From Patescibacteria group bacterium (GTDB taxonomy: Bacteria > Patescibacteriota > Patescibacteriia > Veblenbacterales > UBA10138), in the NCBI GenBank assembly GCA_018817715.1, contig JAHITT010000006.1:75147-139146 (forward strand): a DNA stretch of 64,000 nt, given 5' to 3'. Position 1 is the first letter of the stretch. Each line of letters begins with the position of its first letter. A model generated the notes under the pieces. It saw only the letters and a list, made by a program, of their open reading frames with translations. It had not been told where the DNA came from and searched no databases. The position numbers were made by a program, and so were the translations under genes. Positions 17,579 to 27,236 of this stretch are shown one piece after another.

Positions 17579-18019
17579 ATGAACAAAATTTTAAAAAGTA
17601 TTTCTTGTTTATCCTGCTTGGGCACTTTATTCGCTTTAACCGTTACTCTTAGGCAATATATTGCACCAGCTAATGAACCAGGTATATTTTCTTGTGTGGG
17701 TTTAAAGATATTCGGTTTATCTCCTTGCCCTTTTGGTTTAGGTTTTTTTGCTTTGCTACTTTTAAGTAGTTTGCTGGCCTTACGCCAAAAATCTAATTGG
17801 TTCAGTTCTCCTAAAACGATTAGATTTTTTGCTTGGGCAGGCACTTTATTTTCTGGTTGGGTAGCTTGGCGAGAAATTGGCCTACCAATTTTAATCAGGG
17901 GTTTGTCGAATTACTGGCAAACTTTTTCCCTAGCCCAAGTGCCAGCTTGCGTTTGGGGGTTCTTTGTCTTTTTGGCGGTCGCCATTCTTAGTCTTTATTA
18001 TAAAAACGAAAAAAAATAA
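17579..18019 (+). CDS. small four-TM cysteine-rich membrane protein (possible DsbB/VKOR-like thiol oxidoreductase; speculative)
   Basis: CLSC (CxxC) plus three more Cys near membrane boundaries; no firm family match. Confidence 0.3.
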   Translation: MNKILKSISCLSCLGTLFALTVTLRQYIAPANEPGIFSCVGLKIFGLSPCPFGLGFFALLLLSSLLALRQKSNWFSSPKTIRFFAWAGTLFSGWVAWREIGLPILIRGLSNYWQTFSLAQVPACVWGFFVFLAVAILSLYYKNEKK

Positions 18020-18022
18020 TTC

Positions 18023-19531
18023 ATGTTGGCTTGGCTGCTTAATAAATTTAAAAAAGAAACAGTTTACCGGATATTTGAAATAATACCCGGCCTATTAGTC
18101 TGGTCTACTTTAATCGGAGCAGTTATTTTGTCTTTTATAAAACCGCTGTGGGCCATTTATATAATTATTGTTTTTGACCTTTATTGGTTACTGCGAGTAG
18201 CTTATTTGTTAATTTACATGATTGGTTCCTGGAAAACTTATAAACAAACTGTTAGTCAAAATTGGCGACTAAAACTAACTGCTTTACCGGCTAGCCAAAA
18301 TATTCATCACTTAATCTTTTTACCAACCTATCAAGAATCTTTAGAAGTTTTACGAGCTTCTTTAACATCGTTAGTTAATGTGGACTATCCTTTAGATAAA
18401 TTTATTGTCGTTTTAGCTGGTGAAGCTAGAGATAAAGATAATTTTTTAGAATCAGCCAATTTAATAAAACAAGAATACGGTCACCGTTTTGGACATTTTT
18501 TGATAACTCTTCATCCTAGTGACATAGTGGGGGAAATAGCCGGTAAGGGTTCTAATATTCACTGGGCTGGTCACCAAGCTAAAAAATTAATCGACCAATT
18601 AGGGCTAGATTATCCTAATATAATAGTGTCCACTTTTGATATTGATTCTTGCGCCCACCCGCAATATTTTTCTTATTTAACTTATGTTTATTTAACTCAC
18701 CCCGATCCTTTACATTCCAGCTACCAGCCAGTAGCCATTTATAACAACAATATCTGGCAATCACCGGCTGTTAGCCGAATTGTAGCTAATTCCACAACTT
18801 TTTGGTTATTAACCGATTTGGCCAGACCAGAACGTTTGTTTACTTTTTCTTCGCATTCCATGCCTTTTAAGGCTTTGGTAGATGTTGGTTTTTGGCAAAA
18901 TGACATAGTTACCGAAGATTCTAGAATATTCTTACAATGTTTTGTCCGTTACAATGGCAACTATCAAGTAACGCCCTTGTATATGCCTATTTCTATGGAT
19001 ACGGTCTATGCCGGTTCCTTGTGGCGTAGTTTGGTTAATCAATATAAACAACAAAGACGTTGGGCCTATGGTGTAGAAAATTTTCCTTATATGGCTTGGC
19101 ATTTTTGGCGCTCCAAAACAATCCCTTTTAACAAAAAAACTCGTTATTTATGGAATCAATTAGAGGGAGTTTATTCTTGGGCCACCGCTCCTTTAATTAT
19201 TTTTATACTTGGCCGCTTACCTTTAATGATGGCTGATAATGAAGTTAAAACCACTATTTTAGCTCATAACGCCCCAGTAGTCCTAGGTTGGCTAATGACT
19301 TTAGCTATGATTGGTTTAATATTCAGTGCCGCTTTATCCACCATGCTTTTACCAGCCCGACCCAAGGATAAATCCATCTTCATGTACATACCAATGATTT
19401 TGCAATGGATACTCTTTCCAATTATTATGATTATTTTTGGCGCTATACCAGCCACCGACGCTCAAACCAGATTAATGCTGGGTAAATATTTAGGTTTTTG
19501 GGTAACAGAAAAAAAACGAGCCACAACTTAA
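18023..19531 (+). CDS. membrane GT2-family processive beta-glycosyltransferase (cellulose/chitin-synthase-like)
   Basis: FDIDS, TEDSRIF and QQRRWAYG (QxxRW) motifs flanked by TM helices. Confidence 0.7.
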   Translation: MLAWLLNKFKKETVYRIFEIIPGLLVWSTLIGAVILSFIKPLWAIYIIIVFDLYWLLRVAYLLIYMIGSWKTYKQTVSQNWRLKLTALPASQNIHHLIFLPTYQESLEVLRASLTSLVNVDYPLDKFIVVLAGEARDKDNFLESANLIKQEYGHRFGHFLITLHPSDIVGEIAGKGSNIHWAGHQAKKLIDQLGLDYPNIIVSTFDIDSCAHPQYFSYLTYVYLTHPDPLHSSYQPVAIYNNNIWQSPAVSRIVANSTTFWLLTDLARPERLFTFSSHSMPFKALVDVGFWQNDIVTEDSRIFLQCFVRYNGNYQVTPLYMPISMDTVYAGSLWRSLVNQYKQQRRWAYGVENFPYMAWHFWRSKTIPFNKKTRYLWNQLEGVYSWATAPLIIFILGRLPLMMADNEVKTTILAHNAPVVLGWLMTLAMIGLIFSAALSTMLLPARPKDKSIFMYIPMILQWILFPIIMIIFGAIPATDAQTRLMLGKYLGFWVTEKKRATT

Positions 19532-19541
19532 CCAATTTAAA

Positions 19542-20633
19542 TTAATTAACGGGCATATTAATAATTTCCACAGCCCCGTTTAATTTAGGTATAGCATAGT
19601 CTTCTATAAGAATAGGGTATTCTTCAAATTTAACAAAAGCGAACTTTACTTGACCGTTCGGCTCTTCTTTTTTTTGAGCTGTTATTCTAACAACTAAACC
19701 CTGTTTGGTTGGTTGACTCCACATTTGATCAAAAATAAAATTACCCAAAGAATAATAAATCATTTTTTTCTTGTAAATTTCTCTAGGCTGCACCCAATGA
19801 GGATGATGCCCAATCACTAAATCAGCACCTTGATCAATGGCTGTATGGGCAAATTTTATCTGACTCAAGGAAGCTTTATCTGTATATTCCACTCCACCAT
19901 GCATACTAACCACAATTAAATCAACTTGCTGTCTAAGATTATCAATTGAGGCGCTTAATTTTTTCCAATCATCCCACCTGGCTATGTAAGGACTGCTAGC
20001 TACGCCATTATCATTAAAAGAACTATAAGAAACGGCCAAAAAACCTATTTTAATGCCTTTGTTTTCTAAAATAGCCGGTTGCCAAGCTTCTGCACTATCT
20101 TGCCCAACACCGGTAACCTGTAGCCCTTGGTTTAACAACAAAGAACGACTATGCTTTATGGCCTTAAGACCATAATCTAAAGCATGATTATTGGCTAGGC
20201 TTAAGACTTTAAAATTATTTTCTACTAAACCTAAAAGACTGTCCGGCCAGGCATTAAACAATAAACTATTAACCGGTGGTATAAAATTAGAACCAGTAAA
20301 AAGTGATTCCAAATTGGCAAAATTAAAATCATTACTTTTAAGCCATTCGCCCATACCAATAAAAGGCAACAGGGGATTATTATGTTTTTTCATTTGATCA
20401 GCTACCTGACGGGACAGCATTATATCTCCCACCACCCCAAAAACTACGTATTGGTCTTTTGGTTGATCTTTTTTTAATTGACTAACCGCCTGGTCAGAAA
20501 AATTTAGGGATTCCTTAGACGTGGTACTTTTGGTGATTACTCCGTACTTAAAATAAAAAAAAGCCGCGAAGAACGCGGCCATAATTAACAAAGCTGAAAC
20601 AACAAAAGAAAAATATTTATCAATTTTATTCAT
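19542..20633 (-). CDS. CapA-family metallophosphatase-like protein (poly-gamma-glutamate capsule synthesis family)
   Basis: N-terminal TM helix; GDIM, NNHALDYG, VSMHGGVEY and GHHPH motifs. Confidence 0.75.
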   Translation of the reverse strand: MNKIDKYFSFVVSALLIMAAFFAAFFYFKYGVITKSTTSKESLNFSDQAVSQLKKDQPKDQYVVFGVVGDIMLSRQVADQMKKHNNPLLPFIGMGEWLKSNDFNFANLESLFTGSNFIPPVNSLLFNAWPDSLLGLVENNFKVLSLANNHALDYGLKAIKHSRSLLLNQGLQVTGVGQDSAEAWQPAILENKGIKIGFLAVSYSSFNDNGVASSPYIARWDDWKKLSASIDNLRQQVDLIVVSMHGGVEYTDKASLSQIKFAHTAIDQGADLVIGHHPHWVQPREIYKKKMIYYSLGNFIFDQMWSQPTKQGLVVRITAQKKEEPNGQVKFAFVKFEEYPILIEDYAIPKLNGAVEIINMPVN

Positions 20634-20635
20634 AT

Positions 20636-21568
20636 TTACTGTAAAACAGTTCCCACAAAAGAAGCCTGGCCACGAATAAAATCTCCAGCCAGCATTGGTT
20701 TTCTTCCTGCTAACTGAATTTCTTTAACTAATATACTGCCAGACTGACAATCAATAGATAACCCTTGGTTTTGATATTCTTTAACCAAACCTGGTTTGGT
20801 TAATTCAACATCTAAAACCTCTGTTTGTAATAATTTAACAACTTGACCTCGCCAAGTAGTCCACAAACCAGGCCAAGGGTAAAAAGCCCGCCTTAAATTA
20901 TTTAACTGCTCAGCAGTTAAATTAAAATTAGCTCGCCCATCCGAACGGCTAATTAACTTAGTATAAGTAGCCAAAGAATGGTCTTGGGCAACTGGTTTAA
21001 TCTTACCTGATAGATAATCAATTAAAACATTGGGTAATATTTCGCCGGCTAAACCAGCCAAAGCTTGGCTTAAAGTTAAGGCATTGTCTTTTTCTTTAAT
21101 AAGGTACTCAACCTGCTTTAATAATGGTCCGTGATCCATCAGATCATCCAAAAGCATTAAACTAACCCCAGTTTTAAACTGACCAGCCAATAAGGCACTA
21201 GCGATAGGAGAGGCCCCTCGATACAAAGGCAACAAAGAAGGATGCACATTAACTATACCTTTAGGGTATAAAACCAAAACTGAAGCTGGCACAATCTGTC
21301 CAAAAGCCGCTAAAACAGCAAAATCTGTTTTAAATTTAGCTAATTGTTTCTTGATATCTACATTTTTTAAACTAGGGGATTCTAATAATTCTAACTGATT
21401 AGCTACAGCTCTTAGACCAACTGGCGAAGAAGTTTTTTTAAGTCCCCGGCCTTTAGCCTGCGGTAAGGTAGTCACCACCAAAACCGGCCTTAAACCAGCT
21501 TTAAGCAAACCGGTTAAAATAATATCGGCAAAATCAGAAGTCCCAAAATAAACAAATGACTTATTCAT
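20636..21568 (-). CDS. fmt: methionyl-tRNA formyltransferase
   Basis: VNVHPSLLPLYRGASPI motif; def-fmt operon context. Confidence 0.9.
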   Translation of the reverse strand: MNKSFVYFGTSDFADIILTGLLKAGLRPVLVVTTLPQAKGRGLKKTSSPVGLRAVANQLELLESPSLKNVDIKKQLAKFKTDFAVLAAFGQIVPASVLVLYPKGIVNVHPSLLPLYRGASPIASALLAGQFKTGVSLMLLDDLMDHGPLLKQVEYLIKEKDNALTLSQALAGLAGEILPNVLIDYLSGKIKPVAQDHSLATYTKLISRSDGRANFNLTAEQLNNLRRAFYPWPGLWTTWRGQVVKLLQTEVLDVELTKPGLVKEYQNQGLSIDCQSGSILVKEIQLAGRKPMLAGDFIRGQASFVGTVLQ

Positions 21569-22043
21569 TTTTATATTTAGCCAACAATTCCTGACCAGCG
21601 ATTATTTCCTTAGTTAAATCTATAAACAAAATACCATTTAAATGATCAACCTCATGCTGATAAACTCTAGCTGTCAAACCGTCTAACCATTCTTGGTGTT
21701 TGAGACCATCACTACCCAAATAATTAGCTAATACTCGAATTGGCCTCTTAACTAACCCATAAACCCCAGGCAAAGATAAACAACCTTCTTCCATAACAAC
21801 TTTGCGCCAAGAAGATTTTACTATCTCCGGATTAAAATAAGCTTGCGGTTTCTCTCCAGTGCTAATAACTATTAATCGGCGGGAAAAATTAACCTGTGGA
21901 GCAGCCAAACCAATACCATTATAATGAACCACGGCCGCTTCCATGGCTTGAGCCAATAATAAATCTGACTTGCTTAAGGGTAGGGGTAAGCTTTCAGCTT
22001 TGGCTCTTAAAATATCCTGGGGAGCGATAATTAAAGGTAACAT
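21561..22043 (-). CDS. def: peptide deformylase
   Basis: GIGLAAPQV, EGCLS and HEVDHLNG motifs. Confidence 0.9.
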   Translation of the reverse strand: MLPLIIAPQDILRAKAESLPLPLSKSDLLLAQAMEAAVVHYNGIGLAAPQVNFSRRLIVISTGEKPQAYFNPEIVKSSWRKVVMEEGCLSLPGVYGLVKRPIRVLANYLGSDGLKHQEWLDGLTARVYQHEVDHLNGILFIDLTKEIIAGQELLAKYKNE

Positions 22044-22057
22044 ATTATAAAAAGTAT

Positions 22058-23908
22058 TTAACTTAAAATATTTTCCGGATCTATATCAATAATAACATCA
22101 TCACCAACTAATGGCCAAATTAAACGGCCAACTGAACTAGTGGTAAATTTAACAAGTAAATGAAAACGATATTTGCCCCTAAGCTGGTGATAATAGTCAG
22201 CATAAGGACCAATTATTACTTCTTGATTCAGTAAATTGGTTTGTAGTTTCTTTTTTAAAACTCTACAACTAGCCAAAGCAGCTGCCTGGCTAGTTAAAGC
22301 AACTGTTAAGCGGAGTAAATTACTAACAGGTGGATAACCGTATTTAATTCTTTCTTTAAGTTCAGTTTCATAAAAATAGGTTAGACCTTCTTTCTTAATA
22401 AAAGATTGCCAAACATAATGTTCTGGCTGATAAGTCTGAATTAATACCCGCGTAGCACCGCTAGATAAAAATCCAGCCACCCGGTGTCTTAATCTTTCAG
22501 TAGCGCGAAATTCTGGCACCGACATTTCATTATCGGGATTAACTAAAATAATCAAACCAAATTTAGTTTTTTGATTATTTAACCAAGCCGTTTGACCACC
22601 CACCAACACAACAGGTCCCACTGGCGCCTTGTCAGATAGACTATCTTTAAAAACAATACTGGCCGGGTATAACTTCTTAACAAATTGATAAAGTCTATCT
22701 AAACCAACTCCCCGCATTGCCACATTATTACCAGAACAATCGGGACAAGGTAGGGGATAAACTTCCTCTAAGGAACAATGATAACAATAAAGATTGTTTT
22801 TGTCTGACCGGCTGACTAAAGTTCTTTGGCATTTAGAACACTTAGCAACATAACCACAATCGGTACAAACCGCCGAAGTAGCTTCACCTAAACGATTAAG
22901 ATAAACAAAAACAGACTGCCCAGTCTTAAGACTTTTTTCTAAGAGTTTTAAAGAAGTCAAAGATAATAAATTTTTATTACCAGCCTGATGTTCAGCTATC
23001 ATATCAATTAAAGTCAATTCCGCTGGCTGACCCTTTAAATCCAACCATTTTTCTTGACCAGCCTGAGCTTTATACCATCTTTCTAAACGAGGAGCAGTTG
23101 ATAAAAGCAAACAAGAAACCGACAAATTCTTGGCCAATTCAATAGCTAAACTCACTGGATCATAACGTGGGTTTTGATCACTTTGCTTATAGTAGTCACT
23201 AGCTGATTCATCAACCACCAGGCCACCCAAATTTAAAAATGGTAAAAACAAAGCCAATCTAGTGCCGACCACAACCACTTTATCTCCCCGCCGTAATTTT
23301 AACCAAACCGCCCGACGATCGGCTAAACTAATTTCCGAAGAAAAAACAACCAAAGAAAATTTATCTTTTAGCTTTTCTTGCCAAAATTCTAAACGACTGT
23401 TAGTTGGGACCAAAAACAATACCTGTTCTTGCCGAAGCATAATCCGATTAAGCAAATTAAAAACAACTTCATCTAATTTGCTAGGAGAAGAATATACCAA
23501 GTTAGTTAAAAAAGAATTCGTTTTCTTAATAAGTGGCCGAGTGCGCTTAGTGCTTATGGGCTCAATTTTAAAATTACGATTAGGTTGCAATAAAATAAAC
23601 AACTTAATAGCCGCCGACATGGTTAAGCCATAATTATGAGATAACCACTTAACCAAATGCAGCTGCCAAGAAAAAAGATAATTAGCAACCACTAAGTCCT
23701 TAACCTCTTTGAGAGTTTTGTTTTTAGGTAACGAAGATTTGATTATTTTTTTTACTACTACCGCCTTTATCAGGCTAGATCGAAAAGGTAAGTTAACTAA
23801 ATCTCCAGGATTCAACTGTAAAGGACCGGCGCTATAATCAAAAACCGTTAATCGGCGCGGCAATCTTTTTAAAGGTACCACTTGAACAATCGGAAACAAG
23901 TTAACCAT
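22058..23908 (-). CDS. priA: primosomal protein N' (PriA) homologue with degenerate ATPase motifs
   Basis: PriA-type N-terminus and Cys-rich region CTDC..CSKC..CYHC..CPDC. The Walker A position reads SSPSKLDEV and Walker B reads DESAS. Confidence 0.7.
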   Translation of the reverse strand: MVNLFPIVQVVPLKRLPRRLTVFDYSAGPLQLNPGDLVNLPFRSSLIKAVVVKKIIKSSLPKNKTLKEVKDLVVANYLFSWQLHLVKWLSHNYGLTMSAAIKLFILLQPNRNFKIEPISTKRTRPLIKKTNSFLTNLVYSSPSKLDEVVFNLLNRIMLRQEQVLFLVPTNSRLEFWQEKLKDKFSLVVFSSEISLADRRAVWLKLRRGDKVVVVGTRLALFLPFLNLGGLVVDESASDYYKQSDQNPRYDPVSLAIELAKNLSVSCLLLSTAPRLERWYKAQAGQEKWLDLKGQPAELTLIDMIAEHQAGNKNLLSLTSLKLLEKSLKTGQSVFVYLNRLGEATSAVCTDCGYVAKCSKCQRTLVSRSDKNNLYCYHCSLEEVYPLPCPDCSGNNVAMRGVGLDRLYQFVKKLYPASIVFKDSLSDKAPVGPVVLVGGQTAWLNNQKTKFGLIILVNPDNEMSVPEFRATERLRHRVAGFLSSGATRVLIQTYQPEHYVWQSFIKKEGLTYFYETELKERIKYGYPPVSNLLRLTVALTSQAAALASCRVLKKKLQTNLLNQEVIIGPYADYYHQLRGKYRFHLLVKFTTSSVGRLIWPLVGDDVIIDIDPENILS

Positions 23909-23914
23909 AAATAT

Positions 23915-24700
23915 CTAATAAATAAATTCCGCCGTCAGCCAACCCGCCTCATAAGGCGCTTCGAAAGATATCAAATTTAAATTAATTTTTTTATTAGCTA
24001 AAAAAGATTTAAGCAAAACCGCTGGCGACCAAATTGATTGACCGCTTAACTCCAACAACTCCGTTGGAAAATTATAAATAGACGACCAATCATCTTGGCG
24101 ACTAAAATTTACGAATTGTTGATTAAAAAGTTTAGCTTCCACCTGGTTAGTACCAATAACTCGCCCTAATTCACCAGCGGCCAAAATAACCACCCGTTCT
24201 GAGCTTGATTGCAATTGTTCATATAAGTGCTGACTTACTAAATTTAAATTTTCTAAATCTATTTTCTGCGGAACCTGTAAATATACTAACGGTTTATCAA
24301 CCAAAGACTGGCCAAAAATTAAAAGTGGTACTCCAGCCGTATATGGTAAATTACTTACACTAACCAAAGGAATGGGGAATAAAGATTCCAAAGTTTCTTT
24401 TAAACGATGGGTAAAACCAACGGCCATCTTTATTGATTGCTGGCTTATAAAATCTCCCAAAAATGAATAATCCAAAGTAACTGACTGGTTTTGTAAAAAA
24501 GCCCAATCAGATTTAGTAAGTTTGGTGTCTGAACTAACACTAGATATTACAAAAATAATATCAGGAGAACGTAAAGATAATTCCGAGCCAAGTTGGTTTA
24601 AAGCGGTAGTAGTTTTAACAACAGCCTTTCGCACCTGGCTTTTTAAGCCAGGTAATAAAAGAGGGGAATTGGGTACTAAAGCCGCGCCGACAATAGGCAT
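23915..24700 (-). CDS. hypothetical protein (possibly LigB/MEMO-like class III dioxygenase fold; weak)
   Basis: 261 aa; the only resemblance is an N-terminus MPIVGAALVPNSP. Confidence 0.3.
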   Translation of the reverse strand: MPIVGAALVPNSPLLLPGLKSQVRKAVVKTTTALNQLGSELSLRSPDIIFVISSVSSDTKLTKSDWAFLQNQSVTLDYSFLGDFISQQSIKMAVGFTHRLKETLESLFPIPLVSVSNLPYTAGVPLLIFGQSLVDKPLVYLQVPQKIDLENLNLVSQHLYEQLQSSSERVVILAAGELGRVIGTNQVEAKLFNQQFVNFSRQDDWSSIYNFPTELLELSGQSIWSPAVLLKSFLANKKINLNLISFEAPYEAGWLTAEFIY

Positions 24701-24724
24701 AAAAATTAATATTGTTTAATTAAT

Positions 24725-26098
24725 TTAAAAACTAACACCAATAGGGTCACCTAAAACGTGTATACTGATAGCTTCGTCACTAGTGGCAATAACTTTAGAA
24801 AAATCAAAACCTAAATCCAAAAAGGCTTCAGCTGATAAAAAGGGGCGCCTAGTCTGATTAGAAATTAAGTAAACGGTCGCTTGCGACCAAGATCGCACCA
24901 ATTGACCATCACGAAAAACTATCGGCAAACCAGTTAAATATTGTTCCAATTGTTTGGTAGTGGCTCGACTTATTTTACGATTTTTAAAATTATTCTGCAG
25001 TATCTCTCGCGACCAAATAGGATGTTTAACTCCTTCCTGCACCCAAAAAATTCCTCCTGATTTTGTATCCTGTAACAAAACCCCCAAAGGATAAATTGAT
25101 TTATCGGTTATCGGTTCACCCTCACCGTAAGAAATAATATCTTCACTACTGACATTAACTATTTCTTCAGGATTTATTCCTAAACGACGTAAAACTTCAG
25201 CCGAAGCTATACCTCGCAACATATCATCAGCTAACAAATAAACCGTACCTTTAGGAATACGTAAAAAACTGTAATTAGAAAATTTTATCGGACTGCCTTC
25301 AAGATATTTTGATAATTCGGTTTTATTAACCGTTAAAACAGAAGAAAAATCATCATAATACGATAAAAAAACTGAACGATTAGCAAATTGCCTCCTTAAA
25401 CCATTTTGAATATAATAAACCTCTGTTTGACCATCAACATTAAGTAGGGTGCCATCGGGGTAATAACGACTAAAATATCTATTCCAAACAGTCCATAATA
25501 ATCGATTACCAGCTAAATGGGGAGTATAAGTATAAGCTATAGCCGTGGCTTTATTGGCTGGTATGACTACCTGACCATCAACTAATTTGGGTAAACCGGG
25601 CCCAAACCCAGAAATAGTACGGTTTTGACTGTCTAAATCCACTAAATAACTTAAACGAATTCTTTTGGCGGCGCTATAAATTTGATTATAAAAACCTTTA
25701 AATTTTTGTAACAAAGGATCATCTAAACTACAACTGTCGCAAACGGCATAACCCATGGCCCAATCAAAATTTTTATTACTCGGCCTCGGATTTTCTATTA
25801 AACTTTGTTCTTTTTGTAAAAGAGCTAACAAAAATTTCGGGCTTATTTTAAATTCTTGAGCCGATAAATAAATAATCTGACTAGCTGCTAAAGAAGTTAT
25901 TGGATCAACATAATTAGCCAAAGCACTGCCTTTATCTTTTAAAAAAGAATTTATTTGTACCAAATCCATGGAAACATAATCAAACATATCATCGTCCGAT
26001 AATATGTAATTATAGTCGAAATTTTCTTGAGCTAGTCCAACCTTAGGACTAAACAAAAAAAATGCAATAAAAAACCAAGCTACCAGTCGTAATTTCAT
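24725..26098 (-). CDS. secreted hypothetical protein
   Basis: Signal peptide; 457 aa; no motif recognised. Confidence 0.4.
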   Translation of the reverse strand: MKLRLVAWFFIAFFLFSPKVGLAQENFDYNYILSDDDMFDYVSMDLVQINSFLKDKGSALANYVDPITSLAASQIIYLSAQEFKISPKFLLALLQKEQSLIENPRPSNKNFDWAMGYAVCDSCSLDDPLLQKFKGFYNQIYSAAKRIRLSYLVDLDSQNRTISGFGPGLPKLVDGQVVIPANKATAIAYTYTPHLAGNRLLWTVWNRYFSRYYPDGTLLNVDGQTEVYYIQNGLRRQFANRSVFLSYYDDFSSVLTVNKTELSKYLEGSPIKFSNYSFLRIPKGTVYLLADDMLRGIASAEVLRRLGINPEEIVNVSSEDIISYGEGEPITDKSIYPLGVLLQDTKSGGIFWVQEGVKHPIWSREILQNNFKNRKISRATTKQLEQYLTGLPIVFRDGQLVRSWSQATVYLISNQTRRPFLSAEAFLDLGFDFSKVIATSDEAISIHVLGDPIGVSF

Positions 26099-26198
26099 GT
26101 TATATATTATAACAAATATTGACCCTTATTTCAATTATTAAACTCTGCTTAACCAACTGTTTTTTATAAACTAAAAATGCTATAATTAAACTATAAAT

Positions 26199-27203
26199 AT
26201 GAAGTTATGGTTGTCTTTAAATTTGGACCAAAATACTTGGCGCCAAACAGGCTCCTATTTGTCTTGTTTAAAAAATCAATTAAAACACAACGATCTTAAA
26301 AGTTATTTAACTCCTGTAAAAAAAGATCAACTAACTACCACTTTTCTAAATGAAGTAACTTTAGCCAAACTACCAGCTTTAACCCTTAAACTTAAAAAAA
26401 TAGCGGACCAAACAACTGTTTTTGATTTAAAATTCAGTTCCTCGGCCTGGCTTAAACAAAATCAGCCAGAAATTTTGCTTAAAACTACTACCAATTCTGC
26501 TTATCGTTTGTTACAAAAAACTATTGCTTTAGAATTAAAAGAAATAGAATTAACAACTAGTAGTTACCAACCAGGTTTAATTATAGCCAAACTAAACAAA
26601 ACAAAAGGCGTCCTACCCAAAATAAACTGTCCACCCTTTACTGTCCAACCTAATGGTCTTAATTTAATAACCAGCCAATTAACTCCCCAGGGACTAATTC
26701 ATAAAAAACTTAATACCTGGCTGTTTAAAACAGAAAAATTTCGACGTAATGTGGTAATTTGTTTACTTAATGCTAATGATGAAATATTACTTACTCAACA
26801 CCAAGATCGGCCACTCAGCTGGCAACTACCCCAAGGTGGAGTAGAATCAACAGAAAATTTAACCCAAGCGGCCCTAAGAGAAATTAAAGAAGAAGTGGGT
26901 GTTTCTCAAACCCGTTGTTTATTGGTTAAGCCAGACCTACACCGTTATCGCTGGCCTAAATATCTTTTATTACACGGTCAAGATCCAGAAAAAAAACAAT
27001 ATGTCGGCCAATTACAAAGTCTAGTTGTATTACGAATAGCCAAACAAACAGTTAATTTAACTTTAGATAAAAGGGAAGCCGCTTTAGCCCTATGGATAAA
27101 ACCAGCTGATTTAATAAAGCAATTGCCTCGTTCCAGAAAACCAATTGGCCGTTTAATAATTAAGGAACTTAAAATAAACAAATTAATCAGTCCTATAACT
27201 TGA
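26199..27203 (+). CDS. fusion of a LigT/2H-phosphoesterase-like domain (catalytic His lost) with a NUDIX hydrolase
   Basis: C-terminal Nudix box QGGVESTENLTQAALREIKEEVGV. The N-terminal 170 aa aligns by eye to the LigT layout, with LTTTF and PGLIIAKL in place of the HxT/S motifs. Confidence 0.6.
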   Translation: MKLWLSLNLDQNTWRQTGSYLSCLKNQLKHNDLKSYLTPVKKDQLTTTFLNEVTLAKLPALTLKLKKIADQTTVFDLKFSSSAWLKQNQPEILLKTTTNSAYRLLQKTIALELKEIELTTSSYQPGLIIAKLNKTKGVLPKINCPPFTVQPNGLNLITSQLTPQGLIHKKLNTWLFKTEKFRRNVVICLLNANDEILLTQHQDRPLSWQLPQGGVESTENLTQAALREIKEEVGVSQTRCLLVKPDLHRYRWPKYLLLHGQDPEKKQYVGQLQSLVVLRIAKQTVNLTLDKREAALALWIKPADLIKQLPRSRKPIGRLIIKELKINKLISPIT

Positions 27204-27236
27204 TTTTGCCGGCTTGATAGGGTAATTTAAAATTCT

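Noticed and set aside
27204-27236. I looked for T-box leaders or other riboswitches upstream of gltX, serS, lysS and proS.
   Set aside because: The upstream spacers are only about 12 to 100 nt and lack the specifier-loop and T-box (..GGUGGNACCGCG..) features.
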